A program made the translations under genes and the position numbers. From NCBI GenBank assembly GCA_016789905.1, contig JAEUQC010000023.1:2-64001 (forward strand): DNA of 64,000 nt, read 5' to 3'. The notes beneath the pieces are model-generated. The model saw only the letters and a program-made list of their open reading frames with translations. It was not told the origin of the DNA and ran no database searches. Below are positions 25,551 through 34,892 of this stretch, piece by piece (position 1 is the stretch's first letter; the number at the start of each line of letters is the position of its first letter). Source of the DNA: Bryobacterales bacterium. Lineage in GTDB: Bacteria; Acidobacteriota; Terriglobia; Bryobacterales; Bryobacteraceae.

Positions 25551-27962
25551 CTACTTTGGAATGAACCGGAAGTTCGTGAGGCCGAAAACATCGTTACCAG
25601 GGATGATGAGACCAAACTTGCCCTGCGTTAGGTTACGCCCGTTCGTGGACCAGGAGTCGACCGTTCGCCACTCAGTGCCGTCCAGAACGAAAGTCCGGAT
25701 GGCGGTGGGTGTCACTTCAATCTGGACACTGTAGTTCTTCGTGTCGGGAAGTTTGTGCTCCACCTTAAGCTCATTCCGGTCCTTGCCGTTCACAATCTCC
25801 CGCCGGATAAAATTCTTACGTTCCAGCTGGAAATGAACGTAATTCCGGGCGTCTTGAATATCGACGGCCCATTGCAGCCGGCGCCCGTCAATCCGGGAGA
25901 TATTGAACTGGAACGTGCCCTGCGTAGGTGTGATGCCGTAGGTGACGACGCCGCCGCCCTTGCGCTTGTACCAACCGCCTTCGGGGATCCACTGGCCCGG
26001 ATCGTCCCAGTCGGCCATGCCCCCGGAGCGGCGGGCGGGCGTCTGCTTCTGGGCTGCCTGTTTCTGTTCGGTCATGGGGATATCGACCGTCTTGTTGTCC
26101 CCGTTCGCCACGACGATCGTCTGCGTGCGGTCAGCGTAATTCGGGGCCTTGGCTGCGATGGTGTATGTTCCCTCAGCCAATTGCAAAGTCGTGCCGGTCA
26201 CGGGCCGGGGCGACGCGTCAGCGGGACCCTTAATGGTCAACTGGGCGGAGGCGGGAGTCACGTTCAGCCGAATAGTACCGCCGGCGGCGGCAAGCACTAC
26301 GTCGGGCCCGGCAAGTTCGATTGTCTCTCCGGCCCGGAACTGACGCGGGTTGCGCTTCGGCGCCATGCGGTCCCGGCGCAGTTCGACAACATGTTCGCCC
26401 GGCGCTACCTGCGCGTAATCGAAACTGCCTGAAGCCGGCACCGCGCCGATAGGATTACCATCCAGGTAAACCTGTGTGCCGGGCGCGGCGCCGCGAAGGC
26501 GCAGCGAAGAAAGACGCGGAATGATTTTCAGCTTGAATTCCATCCGCGCCTCCTGGCCTTTCGCAATCACGATCCTTTGCGGCGGGTCCGGGGTGTAACC
26601 TTCCTTGAACACCCTCACGGTGTACGTCCCCACCGGGATGCCGGGAAGGCGCATCTGCCCATTCTTGGATTTCACCCTCGCGGCGCGCTCGTTAAGAAAC
26701 GCGGAAACATCGTCTTCGCCTGGCGTGGAGATAAAAAGAGAACCGGCGTTGATGTCCAGCTTTAAGTAGGCGGTGAGAGTTGGCTGCGCGGAAACGGAGA
26801 CCAGCAAGTTACGTTTGCTGGCGCCATCCTCGACGGTGAATTCACGGTCGCCAGGCTGTAGATTCGCAATATCCAGTCCGGCGGGATTTGCGTCACCAGC
26901 CGAATTGCCATCGATAGATACTTTCAGCGCAGGGACCGATGCGTGGACGCGCGTTTGCGGCCCGGCGTTTGCCACCAGAATCGCCAACGTGTTTCTGGCG
27001 GTAACAGGTCCGGTGATCACCGGTTGACGGCCGGGCTGGGCATCAAATTCGAATTGAGCCTCGTTCAGTTGGGAGGTTACCTTTATCGTGTGTTTGCCGG
27101 AGGCGATACGATCCAGAATGAGTTGCCCATCCTGCAGATCTCCGTAAGGTGCACCATCGAACGTTACTTTCCCGGCGCTGAAATCGGTGTAAATACGAAC
27201 CGAGAGCGGAAGCGGAAGCAGCGTGATATCGACGTTAGCAGGGGAGTTAGCGGCAACTTCCAGCTTGGAGGTTCCGGTCTCGTAGCCGGGGAGAACCGCT
27301 TGAATGTCGTAGGGGCCGGGGGCGAGTTCAATGTTGCAATCGGAAGTACATTTCACCTCACCGTTCACTCGAACCGAGGCGCCAGGCGGGTTCGTTTTTA
27401 CAGCGATCCGAATGTTGTTCGAAGAGGGCGTCTCCACCTTGGCTTCACGCGCTTTGCGGAGAGTGTAGATGCCTCCAGCGGCAACAAGCAGGCCCAGTAC
27501 ACCTCCGACGGCAGCGGCGCGCTTCCAATTGAAAGCGGCGGGCGCTGCGGGCTTGGATGGTGGCGGGGTTGCCGGTTTGGACGCGGCGGGAGGAAGTTGT
27601 TGCGCGCCGGTGGCGGGCATGACCTGCGTCGGCAGCATAGCGGCCGGAGGCCCCTGCTGGAGAGGTTGCTGGGGAGAAGGGGGAACGGGTTGCTGACCGG
27701 ACCCTGACATCAGGCGTTGCCCGTGGGCCACCATGTTGGCGCGGAGGGAGGAGATGGCGTTGAGCATGGCCGCATCGGCGGCGTAAAGACGGGACAGTTC
27801 TTCGAGCCGCTCATGAATGGGCTTCAGATTATAGACGTCCGTCGCCTGACGGATCTCCGCGTCCAGGCGGTTGAGTTCATCGAAATGGGCAGTGCGTTGG
27901 GCGGGGTTCAAGGTGGGTTCTCCCTGGCATACGCGCAGTTCGGGGATCAGCCCCCGAGACAA
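25551..27962 (-). CDS. PEGA-domain membrane protein with C-terminal DUF1080/LamG-like jelly-roll
   Basis: 803 aa. It has a cytoplasmic N-terminus, a Pro/Gln-rich linker and the TM helix AAAVGGVLGLLVAAGGIY. Several PEGA-like beta-sandwich units follow (VKTNPPGASVRVNG..., YLDGNPIGAVPASG...). The C-terminus ends ...GLTNFRFIPK. The start is TTG and the N-terminus is uncertain. Confidence 0.75.
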   Translation of the reverse strand: MSRGLIPELRVCQGEPTLNPAQRTAHFDELNRLDAEIRQATDVYNLKPIHERLEELSRLYAADAAMLNAISSLRANMVAHGQRLMSGSGQQPVPPSPQQPLQQGPPAAMLPTQVMPATGAQQLPPAASKPATPPPSKPAAPAAFNWKRAAAVGGVLGLLVAAGGIYTLRKAREAKVETPSSNNIRIAVKTNPPGASVRVNGEVKCTSDCNIELAPGPYDIQAVLPGYETGTSKLEVAANSPANVDITLLPLPLSVRIYTDFSAGKVTFDGAPYGDLQDGQLILDRIASGKHTIKVTSQLNEAQFEFDAQPGRQPVITGPVTARNTLAILVANAGPQTRVHASVPALKVSIDGNSAGDANPAGLDIANLQPGDREFTVEDGASKRNLLVSVSAQPTLTAYLKLDINAGSLFISTPGEDDVSAFLNERAARVKSKNGQMRLPGIPVGTYTVRVFKEGYTPDPPQRIVIAKGQEARMEFKLKIIPRLSSLRLRGAAPGTQVYLDGNPIGAVPASGSFDYAQVAPGEHVVELRRDRMAPKRNPRQFRAGETIELAGPDVVLAAAGGTIRLNVTPASAQLTIKGPADASPRPVTGTTLQLAEGTYTIAAKAPNYADRTQTIVVANGDNKTVDIPMTEQKQAAQKQTPARRSGGMADWDDPGQWIPEGGWYKRKGGGVVTYGITPTQGTFQFNISRIDGRRLQWAVDIQDARNYVHFQLERKNFIRREIVNGKDRNELKVEHKLPDTKNYSVQIEVTPTAIRTFVLDGTEWRTVDSWSTNGRNLTQGKFGLIIPGNDVFGLTNFRFIPK

Positions 27963-28056
27963 ACTTTTCGCGCAAATTCAACAGCTACGCGTTCACGGAT
28001 AATTATATGCTAGCCAGCAGCACAGGAATTCATTTTCGCATAGGAGACACAGGACC

Positions 28057-29787
28057 ATGACGAGGCGAGGCTTTTTGGCGACGGCGGGACTGACGGCGGC
28101 CGCAGGCAAGCGCCCGAATATTCTTTGGATCACCTGCGAAGATATGGGGCCGCACATCGGCTGTTTTGGGGACACCTTCGCAAAGACTCCGGTGCTAGAT
28201 GGGCTGGCCGCTCAGGGACTCCGGTACCGGCGCTGCTGGTCGAATGCGCCGGTGTGCGCGCCTGCGCGCACCACTATCATCAGCGGCATGTACCCGCCCG
28301 CGCTTGGGGCGGAACACATGCGAAGCGAGATTGGCATGGGGGCCGGACGGAAAATGTTTCCGCAACTGCTGCGGGAGGCCGGATATTACACGACCAATCA
28401 TTCGAAAGAAGACTACAACTTAAGATTGACGGGAAAGGTGTGGGATGAAAGCAGCGGCCGGGCCCACTGGCGGAAGCGCGCCGCTGGGCAGCCGTTTTTC
28501 AGTGTCTTTAATTTTGTCGGCACACATGAAAGTCAGATACGAACCCGTCCGCACGAATGGAAGCACTCCTTCGAAGGCGTCCGAGTGCCCGCATATCATC
28601 CGGACACCGAAGAGGTCCGCAAGGACTGGGCGCAGTATTACGACAACATTGAGGCTATGGACCGTTGGGCGGGTGGAATACTGAAGCAGTTGGAAGAAGA
28701 CGGGCTGGCCGATGAGACCATCGTCTTTTTTTATTCCGACCATGGCAGCGGAATGCCGCGAAACAAGCGCTGGCCCTATGATTCCGGGCTGCGCGTGCCA
28801 CTGATCCTGCGAGTGCCGGAGACCTTCGCACCGCTGCGGCCGCCGGAATACAAGGCGGGCGGACAGACGGAGCGGCCTATCTCATTTGTGGACCTGGCGC
28901 CGACCGTGCTTCGGCTGGCCGGCGTCCCCCCGGCCAGCTATCACCAGGGGCAGGATTTTACTGCCGGCAAAGCGCGCAAATATGTGTTCGGGTTTCGGGG
29001 AAGAATGGACGAGCGGTACGATCTGGTGCGGACGGCATTTGACGGCCGATATGTGTACATACGCAACTACATGCCCCACAAAATCTATGGGCAGCACATC
29101 GCGTATATGTTTGAAACACCGACAACGCGCGTGTGGAAAGAGATGTACGACGCTGGCAAGTTGAACGGCGCGCAACGTAAGTTCTGGGAGCGCAAGCCGT
29201 TTGAAGAGTTATACGACCTCAACCGGGACCGGGATGAAGTGAATAACATTGCCGGATCGGCGACGGGCGTGCTGGCGCGGATGAGGAAAGCGTTGGACAC
29301 GTGGATTCTTTCAAGCGGCGACAAGGGGTTTCTGCCGGAGGCCGAGTTGCACGCCGAGGGGCGGCCCTACGATGTGGCCCGTGTGAAAAGTATGGCGGAC
29401 CGGGCGGCATCCATGACGGGCGCCCCTCCTGGCGCCGGGCTGCAGGACGAAGACTCCGCGGTGCGCTACTGGGCGGCATTGGGATACATCATGCGCGGCC
29501 AGAGTCCGGGGCTGATGGCAGCCGATGCATCGCCGTCGGTTCGTGCAGTGGCCGCGGAAGCAGAGGGTTGTTTCGGAAAGGATGCCCGCGGCGCGGCGGA
29601 GGCGCTGCTCGAACTCGGAGATGCCTCGAAACACGGACCATATGTGGCGATGTTGGCCCTGAACGGGCTGGCTGCCATGGCGGAGCGAGCCCCCGCGGAT
29701 GTGCGAGCGAAGGCAAAACAACTGCCGGATGGCGGCCCGGGGCGGGGTGGAAGTTACGTCAGTAACCTCAAGAAGGGGCTTCTATAG
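28057..29787 (+). CDS. Tat-exported sulfatase (formylglycine-dependent, arylsulfatase family) with C-terminal helical-repeat extension
   Basis: The Tat signal is MTRRGFLATAG. NILWITCEDMG and the CAPARTTIISG motif (CxPxR) mark the sulfatase core. AGGAGA lies upstream of the ATG. Confidence 0.9.
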   Translation: MTRRGFLATAGLTAAAGKRPNILWITCEDMGPHIGCFGDTFAKTPVLDGLAAQGLRYRRCWSNAPVCAPARTTIISGMYPPALGAEHMRSEIGMGAGRKMFPQLLREAGYYTTNHSKEDYNLRLTGKVWDESSGRAHWRKRAAGQPFFSVFNFVGTHESQIRTRPHEWKHSFEGVRVPAYHPDTEEVRKDWAQYYDNIEAMDRWAGGILKQLEEDGLADETIVFFYSDHGSGMPRNKRWPYDSGLRVPLILRVPETFAPLRPPEYKAGGQTERPISFVDLAPTVLRLAGVPPASYHQGQDFTAGKARKYVFGFRGRMDERYDLVRTAFDGRYVYIRNYMPHKIYGQHIAYMFETPTTRVWKEMYDAGKLNGAQRKFWERKPFEELYDLNRDRDEVNNIAGSATGVLARMRKALDTWILSSGDKGFLPEAELHAEGRPYDVARVKSMADRAASMTGAPPGAGLQDEDSAVRYWAALGYIMRGQSPGLMAADASPSVRAVAAEAEGCFGKDARGAAEALLELGDASKHGPYVAMLALNGLAAMAERAPADVRAKAKQLPDGGPGRGGSYVSNLKKGLL

Positions 29788-30837
29788 GTGCGCGTTGCGC
29801 TGGACGCGACGCCTTTAAGCGGCGGAACCGGAGGCGTGCCTCGCTATGTACGCGAGTTGCGGCGCGGATTGGAGAGCCTGGGGCACATTGATTCGTACCT
29901 GTACTTGACGGATCAGGCGGTGGAGGGCGCCCTGGGTCCCGGGGACAGTTGGCTGGAACGGAAATGGTGGCTGGCGGGGCTGCCGCTGGCGCTGCGCCGC
30001 GCGCGTGTGGACGTATTCCATGGTACGGAATTCGCGGTGCCTTACGTGCAGGTGTGCGCCACCGTCCTGTCGCTGCATGATCTTTCGCCGTGGATGGACC
30101 CCACATGGCATGGGGCGGGAGTGGAACGCGTGCGGCGCCGCACACCTTGGCTGCTGAAGTTGGGCTTGGCCACAATGGTGCTGACATTGAGCGAAGCCGT
30201 CCGGCGACGGGCCATCGAGCGGTTCGGGTTGCGGCCGGAGCGGGTGGTGGCAGTACCATTGGCGGCGCCTGCCTGGATGCGGCCCGTGCCAATGGAGCCG
30301 GAACAGGAGCCGTATTTTTTGTATGTGGGAACGCTAGAGCCGCGCAAGAACTTGCCAATGTTAGTAGAAGCGTGGAGAGAGGTGCGGACTCGCCATCGCG
30401 TGCGACTGGTGCTGGCCGGACGGCGGCGCGAGGACGGTCCTGTTTTCCAGAGCGGGGACGGACTCGAAGTTCTGGGGCCTGTCAGCGAGGAACGCTTGCT
30501 GGCGCTCTACAGCGGCGCATTGGCGGTGGTGTATCCAACTCATTACGAAGGGTTTGGACTGCCCGTTGTGGAAGCGATGCAGTGCGGAGCGCCGGTGGTG
30601 ACCTCTACGGACGAGAGTGTGGTGGAGGTGTCCGGCGGGGCGGCCATGCATTGTGCCGCTACCGAAACTGGGGAATGGGTGACCGCGCTGGCTCGAATGG
30701 TACACGACGCCGCGTGGAGAGAAGAACTCCAAAAACGCGGACTCGCCAGGGCGGCGCTGTTCAACTGGGAGCGCACAGCGCGCGAGACACTCGAAGTCTA
30801 CAAATCCGCGGAACGATTTCACAGGGGCCCCGTATGA
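29788..30837 (+). CDS. Glycosyltransferase family 4 (GT1 superfamily)
   Basis: The GTG start immediately follows the sulfatase stop. The GT4 C-terminal core is YFLYVGTLEPRKN...YPTHYEGFGLPVVEAMQCGAPVVTS. Confidence 0.85.
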   Translation: MRVALDATPLSGGTGGVPRYVRELRRGLESLGHIDSYLYLTDQAVEGALGPGDSWLERKWWLAGLPLALRRARVDVFHGTEFAVPYVQVCATVLSLHDLSPWMDPTWHGAGVERVRRRTPWLLKLGLATMVLTLSEAVRRRAIERFGLRPERVVAVPLAAPAWMRPVPMEPEQEPYFLYVGTLEPRKNLPMLVEAWREVRTRHRVRLVLAGRRREDGPVFQSGDGLEVLGPVSEERLLALYSGALAVVYPTHYEGFGLPVVEAMQCGAPVVTSTDESVVEVSGGAAMHCAATETGEWVTALARMVHDAAWREELQKRGLARAALFNWERTARETLEVYKSAERFHRGPV

Positions 30838-30844
30838 TGTAAAT

Positions 30845-32233
30845 ATGGGCCTTTTACTCATTTTGCTGGCGGCGGCGGTTCAATCGGCGGAGTGGCCTCA
30901 GTTCCGTGGACCGGACTCGAACCCCGTAGGTGCGGACGCCGGGCTGGCGGAACGCTGGTCGAAGACAGAAAACGTGGAGTGGGTGACGCCTCTTCCCGGC
31001 CGGGGATGGTCCTCTCCGGTTGTCACCGGTGATCGCGTCTTCCTGACCGCGGTGACAACCGAAGGCAAGTCCAAGCAACCCCAGACGGGAACAGAGTACA
31101 GTAACGAATACGTTGCGGAGTTAGTCAAGCAGGGATTGACACAGGAACAGGTCCTGCAGAAGGTAACAGAGAGAGACATTGAGCTTCCCAATGAGGTCAT
31201 GCTTCATTACTTTCTCTTCTGTTTGGACCTCAAGACAGGGAAAGTAAACTGGCAACGCGAATTCTTCGCCGGCCGCCCCCCGGGCGGCCGCCATCGAAAG
31301 AACAGCTTCGCATCGGAGACACCGGTGACCGATGGGAGGAGCGTTTTTGTCTATGTCGCCAATCTGGGAATCTACGCGTTTGATTTGAAGGGCAAGCCAT
31401 TATGGAAAACCCCGATGGAGGCCAACCCGATTTACCTGGATTTCGGCACGGGCGGCTCTCCCGCATTGCACGAGAACCAATTAATCGTGCTGAGCGACAA
31501 CGAAAAGCAACAGTTCCTGGCCTCGTTCGACAAGCGGACCGGAAAACAGATTTGGCGGACAAATCGGGACTTCCGCGAAACGGCTGGCGGGCGAAATCAA
31601 AGATCCGGCTGGACAACGCCTTATATCTGGCGAAACGGAACGCGAACTGAGATCGTAACGGTAAGCCCGGCATTTGCGGCAAGCTACGACCTGGAGGGCA
31701 AGGAACTTTGGCGTCTCGGCGGTATGTCCATTTCGCCAATCCCCAGTCCGTTTACTTACGAGGGCATGCTGTACGTTAATGGCGGCCGGGGCAAGGCGCT
31801 ATTTGCGGTGCGCCCAGGCGCTAAGGGAAATATCACACCGGAGCGGACGGAGCGAGCGAATGAGTTTGTTGCCTGGTCCGACGCGCGCGGCGGAACTTAC
31901 TTACCAACACCGGTCGCGTTCGAAGGCGGTATCTATTCGCTGACCGAGACGGGGATTCTAAGCCGCTTCGACGCCAAGACTGGGAAATTGAGTTACAAGA
32001 CACGACTGGCGCCGGATGCCGGGTACTTCACCACGTCCCCTTGGGCTTACAATGGCAAAGTGTTTTGCTTGAGCGAAGAAGGAAAAACGTTCGTGGTGGA
32101 AGCGGGCGAGACGTTCAAGCTGTTCGGCGAAAACGCGCTGGACGAAATGGCGCAGGCGACTCCGGCCATTGTAGGAGACCGTTTGCTTTTGCGTACCGAA
32201 GGCCGGCTCTATTCCATTCGCAAGCGGCGATAG
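30845..32233 (+). CDS. PQQ-like beta-propeller protein
   Basis: Signal peptide, then AEWPQFRGPDSNPVG. C-terminal LLLRTEGRLYSIR. It is a paralogue-like relative of 23107..24513 without the EF-hands. Confidence 0.8.
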   Translation: MGLLLILLAAAVQSAEWPQFRGPDSNPVGADAGLAERWSKTENVEWVTPLPGRGWSSPVVTGDRVFLTAVTTEGKSKQPQTGTEYSNEYVAELVKQGLTQEQVLQKVTERDIELPNEVMLHYFLFCLDLKTGKVNWQREFFAGRPPGGRHRKNSFASETPVTDGRSVFVYVANLGIYAFDLKGKPLWKTPMEANPIYLDFGTGGSPALHENQLIVLSDNEKQQFLASFDKRTGKQIWRTNRDFRETAGGRNQRSGWTTPYIWRNGTRTEIVTVSPAFAASYDLEGKELWRLGGMSISPIPSPFTYEGMLYVNGGRGKALFAVRPGAKGNITPERTERANEFVAWSDARGGTYLPTPVAFEGGIYSLTETGILSRFDAKTGKLSYKTRLAPDAGYFTTSPWAYNGKVFCLSEEGKTFVVEAGETFKLFGENALDEMAQATPAIVGDRLLLRTEGRLYSIRKRR

Positions 32234-32242
32234 AATACCGGA

Positions 32243-33526
32243 GTGCACACAAACACAAACGTGACGCGGCCGTGGTGGACGCTGGAAGACTGGGTGGCAG
32301 TGTGGATCGGCGTAGCCTCGCTCGCGCTGATCCTGGGCGGGTATCGGCCCGCGTTGCCCGCGTTGAAATGGGCAGGTGCGGGCGACGCAGGCACCCTGGT
32401 CGCCACGGGCAAGCTGGCGCAGTGGGCCAACCCGGCGGCAGTGTTATGGTTATTGTCGGCATGCGGCATCGCGCTGATGCGGGAACGCGTTGTGACCCAC
32501 TTGTTGGCCTTTCCATTGGTTTTCGCTTTGGCGCTCGGCGCCAACGTTCTGGCTGGGAACTCTGTCGCCAGCACCTGGGGAATTGAAGGCGTTATCTTCG
32601 CCCTGTCGTTGGGCCTGCTGGTGAGCAACACAGTGGGGACACCGGCATGGCTCCAGCCCGCCGTTCGCACGGAATTCTACATCAAGACGGGCTTGATTCT
32701 AATGGGCGCCACCATTCTGTTCGCCGAAATCGTTGCCGCTGGTGTTTTAGGCATTCTCCAGTCCGTGCTGGTGGTGATTGTCGTTTGGTACTTCAGTTTC
32801 TGGCTGGCAAAGAAGTTGAGGCTCGATGACGAGTTCGCCACGATGCTGTCGACGGCCGTTTCCATCTGCGGAGTTTCGGCCGCGATAGCGGCTTGCGGTG
32901 CCATTGAGGGCGACCGCAAGAAGCTGAGCTACGTTACATCGATCGTTCTGATCGTGGCCATCCCGATGATCGTGCTGCAACCGTGGCTAATCCGCTGGAT
33001 GGGCCTGCCCGACGCGGTGGCCGGCGCATGGCTCGGAGGCACGTTAGACACAACCGGCTCCGTAGTGGCGGCCGGCGAACTGATCAGTGAAACAGCCGCG
33101 AAGATCGGGACTATTGTGAAGTTCTCGCAAAACGTCCTGATTGGCGTGGCCGCGTTTCTTCTTTCGGTCTGGTGGAGTGCCCGTTCCACCGCAGACCGTG
33201 GAGAGCGAACCAGCGCGAGCGTAATCTGGGCGCGTTTTCCGAAGTTTGTGCTGGGCTTCGTGGGGGCATCGCTGCTTTTCTCTTTCGTCATCGATCCAGC
33301 GGTCTCCAAAGCCGTGAAGCCCGTGATCACCAACCTGCGCAACCTGTGGTTCGGGCTCGCGTTCGTTTCCATTGGCCTGGAAACCAGGTTCACAGACCTG
33401 CTTCGAATGGAGGAAGGCCGGCCATTGTTCGCCTTCCTCGGAGCACAGACATTCAATGTCGTCTGGACGCTATTGCTGGCCTGGCTGGTCTTCGGCGGGC
33501 TGTTTTTCGCGGTGCCGAAAATCTAG
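32243..33526 (+). CDS. YeiH/UPF0324-family membrane transporter (annotated in databases as putative sulfate exporter family)
   Basis: 427 aa and polytopic. The segment TGLILMGATILF...LSTAVSICGVSAAIAACGAI...WLGGTLDTTGSVVAAG aligns by eye with E. coli YeiH (LGIILYGFRLTF...GAGSSICGAAAVLA...GSTVHEVAQVVAAG). Confidence 0.7.
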   Translation: MHTNTNVTRPWWTLEDWVAVWIGVASLALILGGYRPALPALKWAGAGDAGTLVATGKLAQWANPAAVLWLLSACGIALMRERVVTHLLAFPLVFALALGANVLAGNSVASTWGIEGVIFALSLGLLVSNTVGTPAWLQPAVRTEFYIKTGLILMGATILFAEIVAAGVLGILQSVLVVIVVWYFSFWLAKKLRLDDEFATMLSTAVSICGVSAAIAACGAIEGDRKKLSYVTSIVLIVAIPMIVLQPWLIRWMGLPDAVAGAWLGGTLDTTGSVVAAGELISETAAKIGTIVKFSQNVLIGVAAFLLSVWWSARSTADRGERTSASVIWARFPKFVLGFVGASLLFSFVIDPAVSKAVKPVITNLRNLWFGLAFVSIGLETRFTDLLRMEEGRPLFAFLGAQTFNVVWTLLLAWLVFGGLFFAVPKI

Positions 33527-34314
33527 AGCGTTTTCGTTGCGCCGCCATCCATGTCGATCAGCGAGCCGTGCAGGAACCTGCCGGCTGGGCTGACAAGGAA
33601 CGCTACGAGCCCGGCGATATCGATGGGTTCGCCGACACGCGTTACGCGCGCCTCACGTATAAAGACGGCCTCCGCTTCACTCACCGGAATCTGGCGTTCC
33701 GCCGCAAGCGCTTCCAATCGCTTTGCGAAGCGATCCGTGCGAACAGTGCCAGGGCTGACGGCGTTCACTTGTACGCCGTCGCGCAATCCGTTGTCGGCCA
33801 TCGCCTTCGTAAAGGAGAGCAGGGCGGCATTCACGGACCCGCCGATCGTAAACTGCGCGCCGGGTGTCCGTCCGCCGGTACCGGCGATGTTGACGAGGGA
33901 ACCGCGGGCGGCCGCCAAATGCCGCCAGGCCGCCCGCGTCAAACGCACCGCTCCGTGGAGCTTCAAAGCATATCCATCGGCCCAGTCCTCGTCCGTAAGT
34001 TCCAGGAACTCGCCGCGCTTGGTGGCGCCCGCGTTGTTAACCACGACATCAACACACCCAAACCGTTCCACAGCGATCCGCACCAATTCCGCCGGCGCGG
34101 CGGGCAATCGCAGGTCGAGCGGCGCCACCGCGGCTCCCGTCCCAATCTCGTCGGCCACCGCGGCCAGTGCCCTGGCGTCGCGCGCCGCGAGCATCACCCG
34201 TGCACCTTCCGAAGCGAGCCGAATCGCAATCGCACGGCCAATGCCGCGGCTGGCACCGGTGATAATTGCGGTCTTTCCGTCAAGGGGTCGCACCCCTTTA
34301 TTCTGCACATTCAC
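33523..34314 (-). CDS. Short-chain dehydrogenase/reductase (SDR)
   Basis: Motifs are GKTAIITGASRGIG (TGxxxGxG) and NNAG. The track ORF extends to 34872, but the upstream part is Arg/Pro junk. The likely start is GTG at 34314 or 34308, and no clear SD precedes either. Confidence 0.8.
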   Translation of the reverse strand: MNVQNKGVRPLDGKTAIITGASRGIGRAIAIRLASEGARVMLAARDARALAAVADEIGTGAAVAPLDLRLPAAPAELVRIAVERFGCVDVVVNNAGATKRGEFLELTDEDWADGYALKLHGAVRLTRAAWRHLAAARGSLVNIAGTGGRTPGAQFTIGGSVNAALLSFTKAMADNGLRDGVQVNAVSPGTVRTDRFAKRLEALAAERQIPVSEAEAVFIREARVTRVGEPIDIAGLVAFLVSPAGRFLHGSLIDMDGGATKTL

Positions 34315-34503
34315 GGTGCTACGCTCAAACTTAGGGTACTGGGATGTCACCGTTCGACAACAGGAACCGCGGCGTTGCTGAACGCCTTCCGAACTCCCCC
34401 CAACTGGTTTCGCGGCGGACTGCGGTCTGCCCTCACAGATCCTCGTGGCATGCGCGCAGTTCGCGTTGGCCAGGAGAGAAAGTCGAACTTTAGGAGGTTC
34501 GTG

Positions 34504-34812
34504 ATGAAACTGCAACTCGCAATTGCCACATTGCTGATCGGTGCCGGGACACTGTGCGCGGAAGACGCCGCGGCGCTCTACAAAACCAAGTGCTTTGGAT
34601 GCCACGGGGCGACCGGAGCTGGAAAGCCCGCATTGGCCGGGAGCAACCTGCTGACCCCGGAAGCCAAGAAATTGACCGACGCTGAAATGAAGGCCGCGAT
34701 TGCCGAGGGCGGAAAGAAAGCCAAAGCGGCCCATGCCTTCGCGAAGAAGGGCGTGACGGCAGCGCAGGTCGATTCGCTGCTGGCCTATGTCCGCGGTTTG
34801 CAGAAGAAGTAG
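34504..34812 (+). CDS. Small monohaem c-type cytochrome
   Basis: 102 aa. The signal peptide is MKLQLAIATLLIGAGTLCA and the haem motif is CFGCH. AGGAGG lies 6 nt upstream of the ATG. In the track it is only visible as the tail of the spurious 33172..34812 ORF. Confidence 0.8.
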   Translation: MKLQLAIATLLIGAGTLCAEDAAALYKTKCFGCHGATGAGKPALAGSNLLTPEAKKLTDAEMKAAIAEGGKKAKAAHAFAKKGVTAAQVDSLLAYVRGLQKK

Positions 34813-34822
34813 CGCCCGTGCG

Positions 34823-34854
34823 GGGTTCAGCCCGCCGCCGTGCGGGCTGAACCC
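34823..34854 (+). terminator. Perfect 13-bp stem / 6-nt loop hairpin downstream of the cytochrome c gene
   Basis: GGGTTCAGCCCGC (34823-34835), loop cgccgt, then GCGGGCTGAACCC (34842-34854). It begins 10 nt after the stop. No U-tract follows, so intrinsic-terminator function is not assured. Confidence 0.5.
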
Positions 34855-34892
34855 AAGCCGTCCCCGAGGCATGTTGGAATAATGATATCGGC

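Noticed and set aside
27963-28056. Idea that the PEGA protein is the remnant of a Ser/Thr kinase-PEGA gene whose kinase domain lies upstream
   Set aside because: An in-frame TGA lies 5 codons upstream of the TTG start. The remaining 94 nt to the divergent sulfatase gene cannot hold a kinase domain.
33172-34503. First ~440 codons of the 546-aa plus-strand ORF 33172..34812
   Set aside because: This part is antisense to the SDR gene and overlaps the end of the YeiH-like gene, and it is Arg-rich junk. Only the last 102 codons (the cytochrome c, with its own AGGAGG + ATG at 34504) look real.
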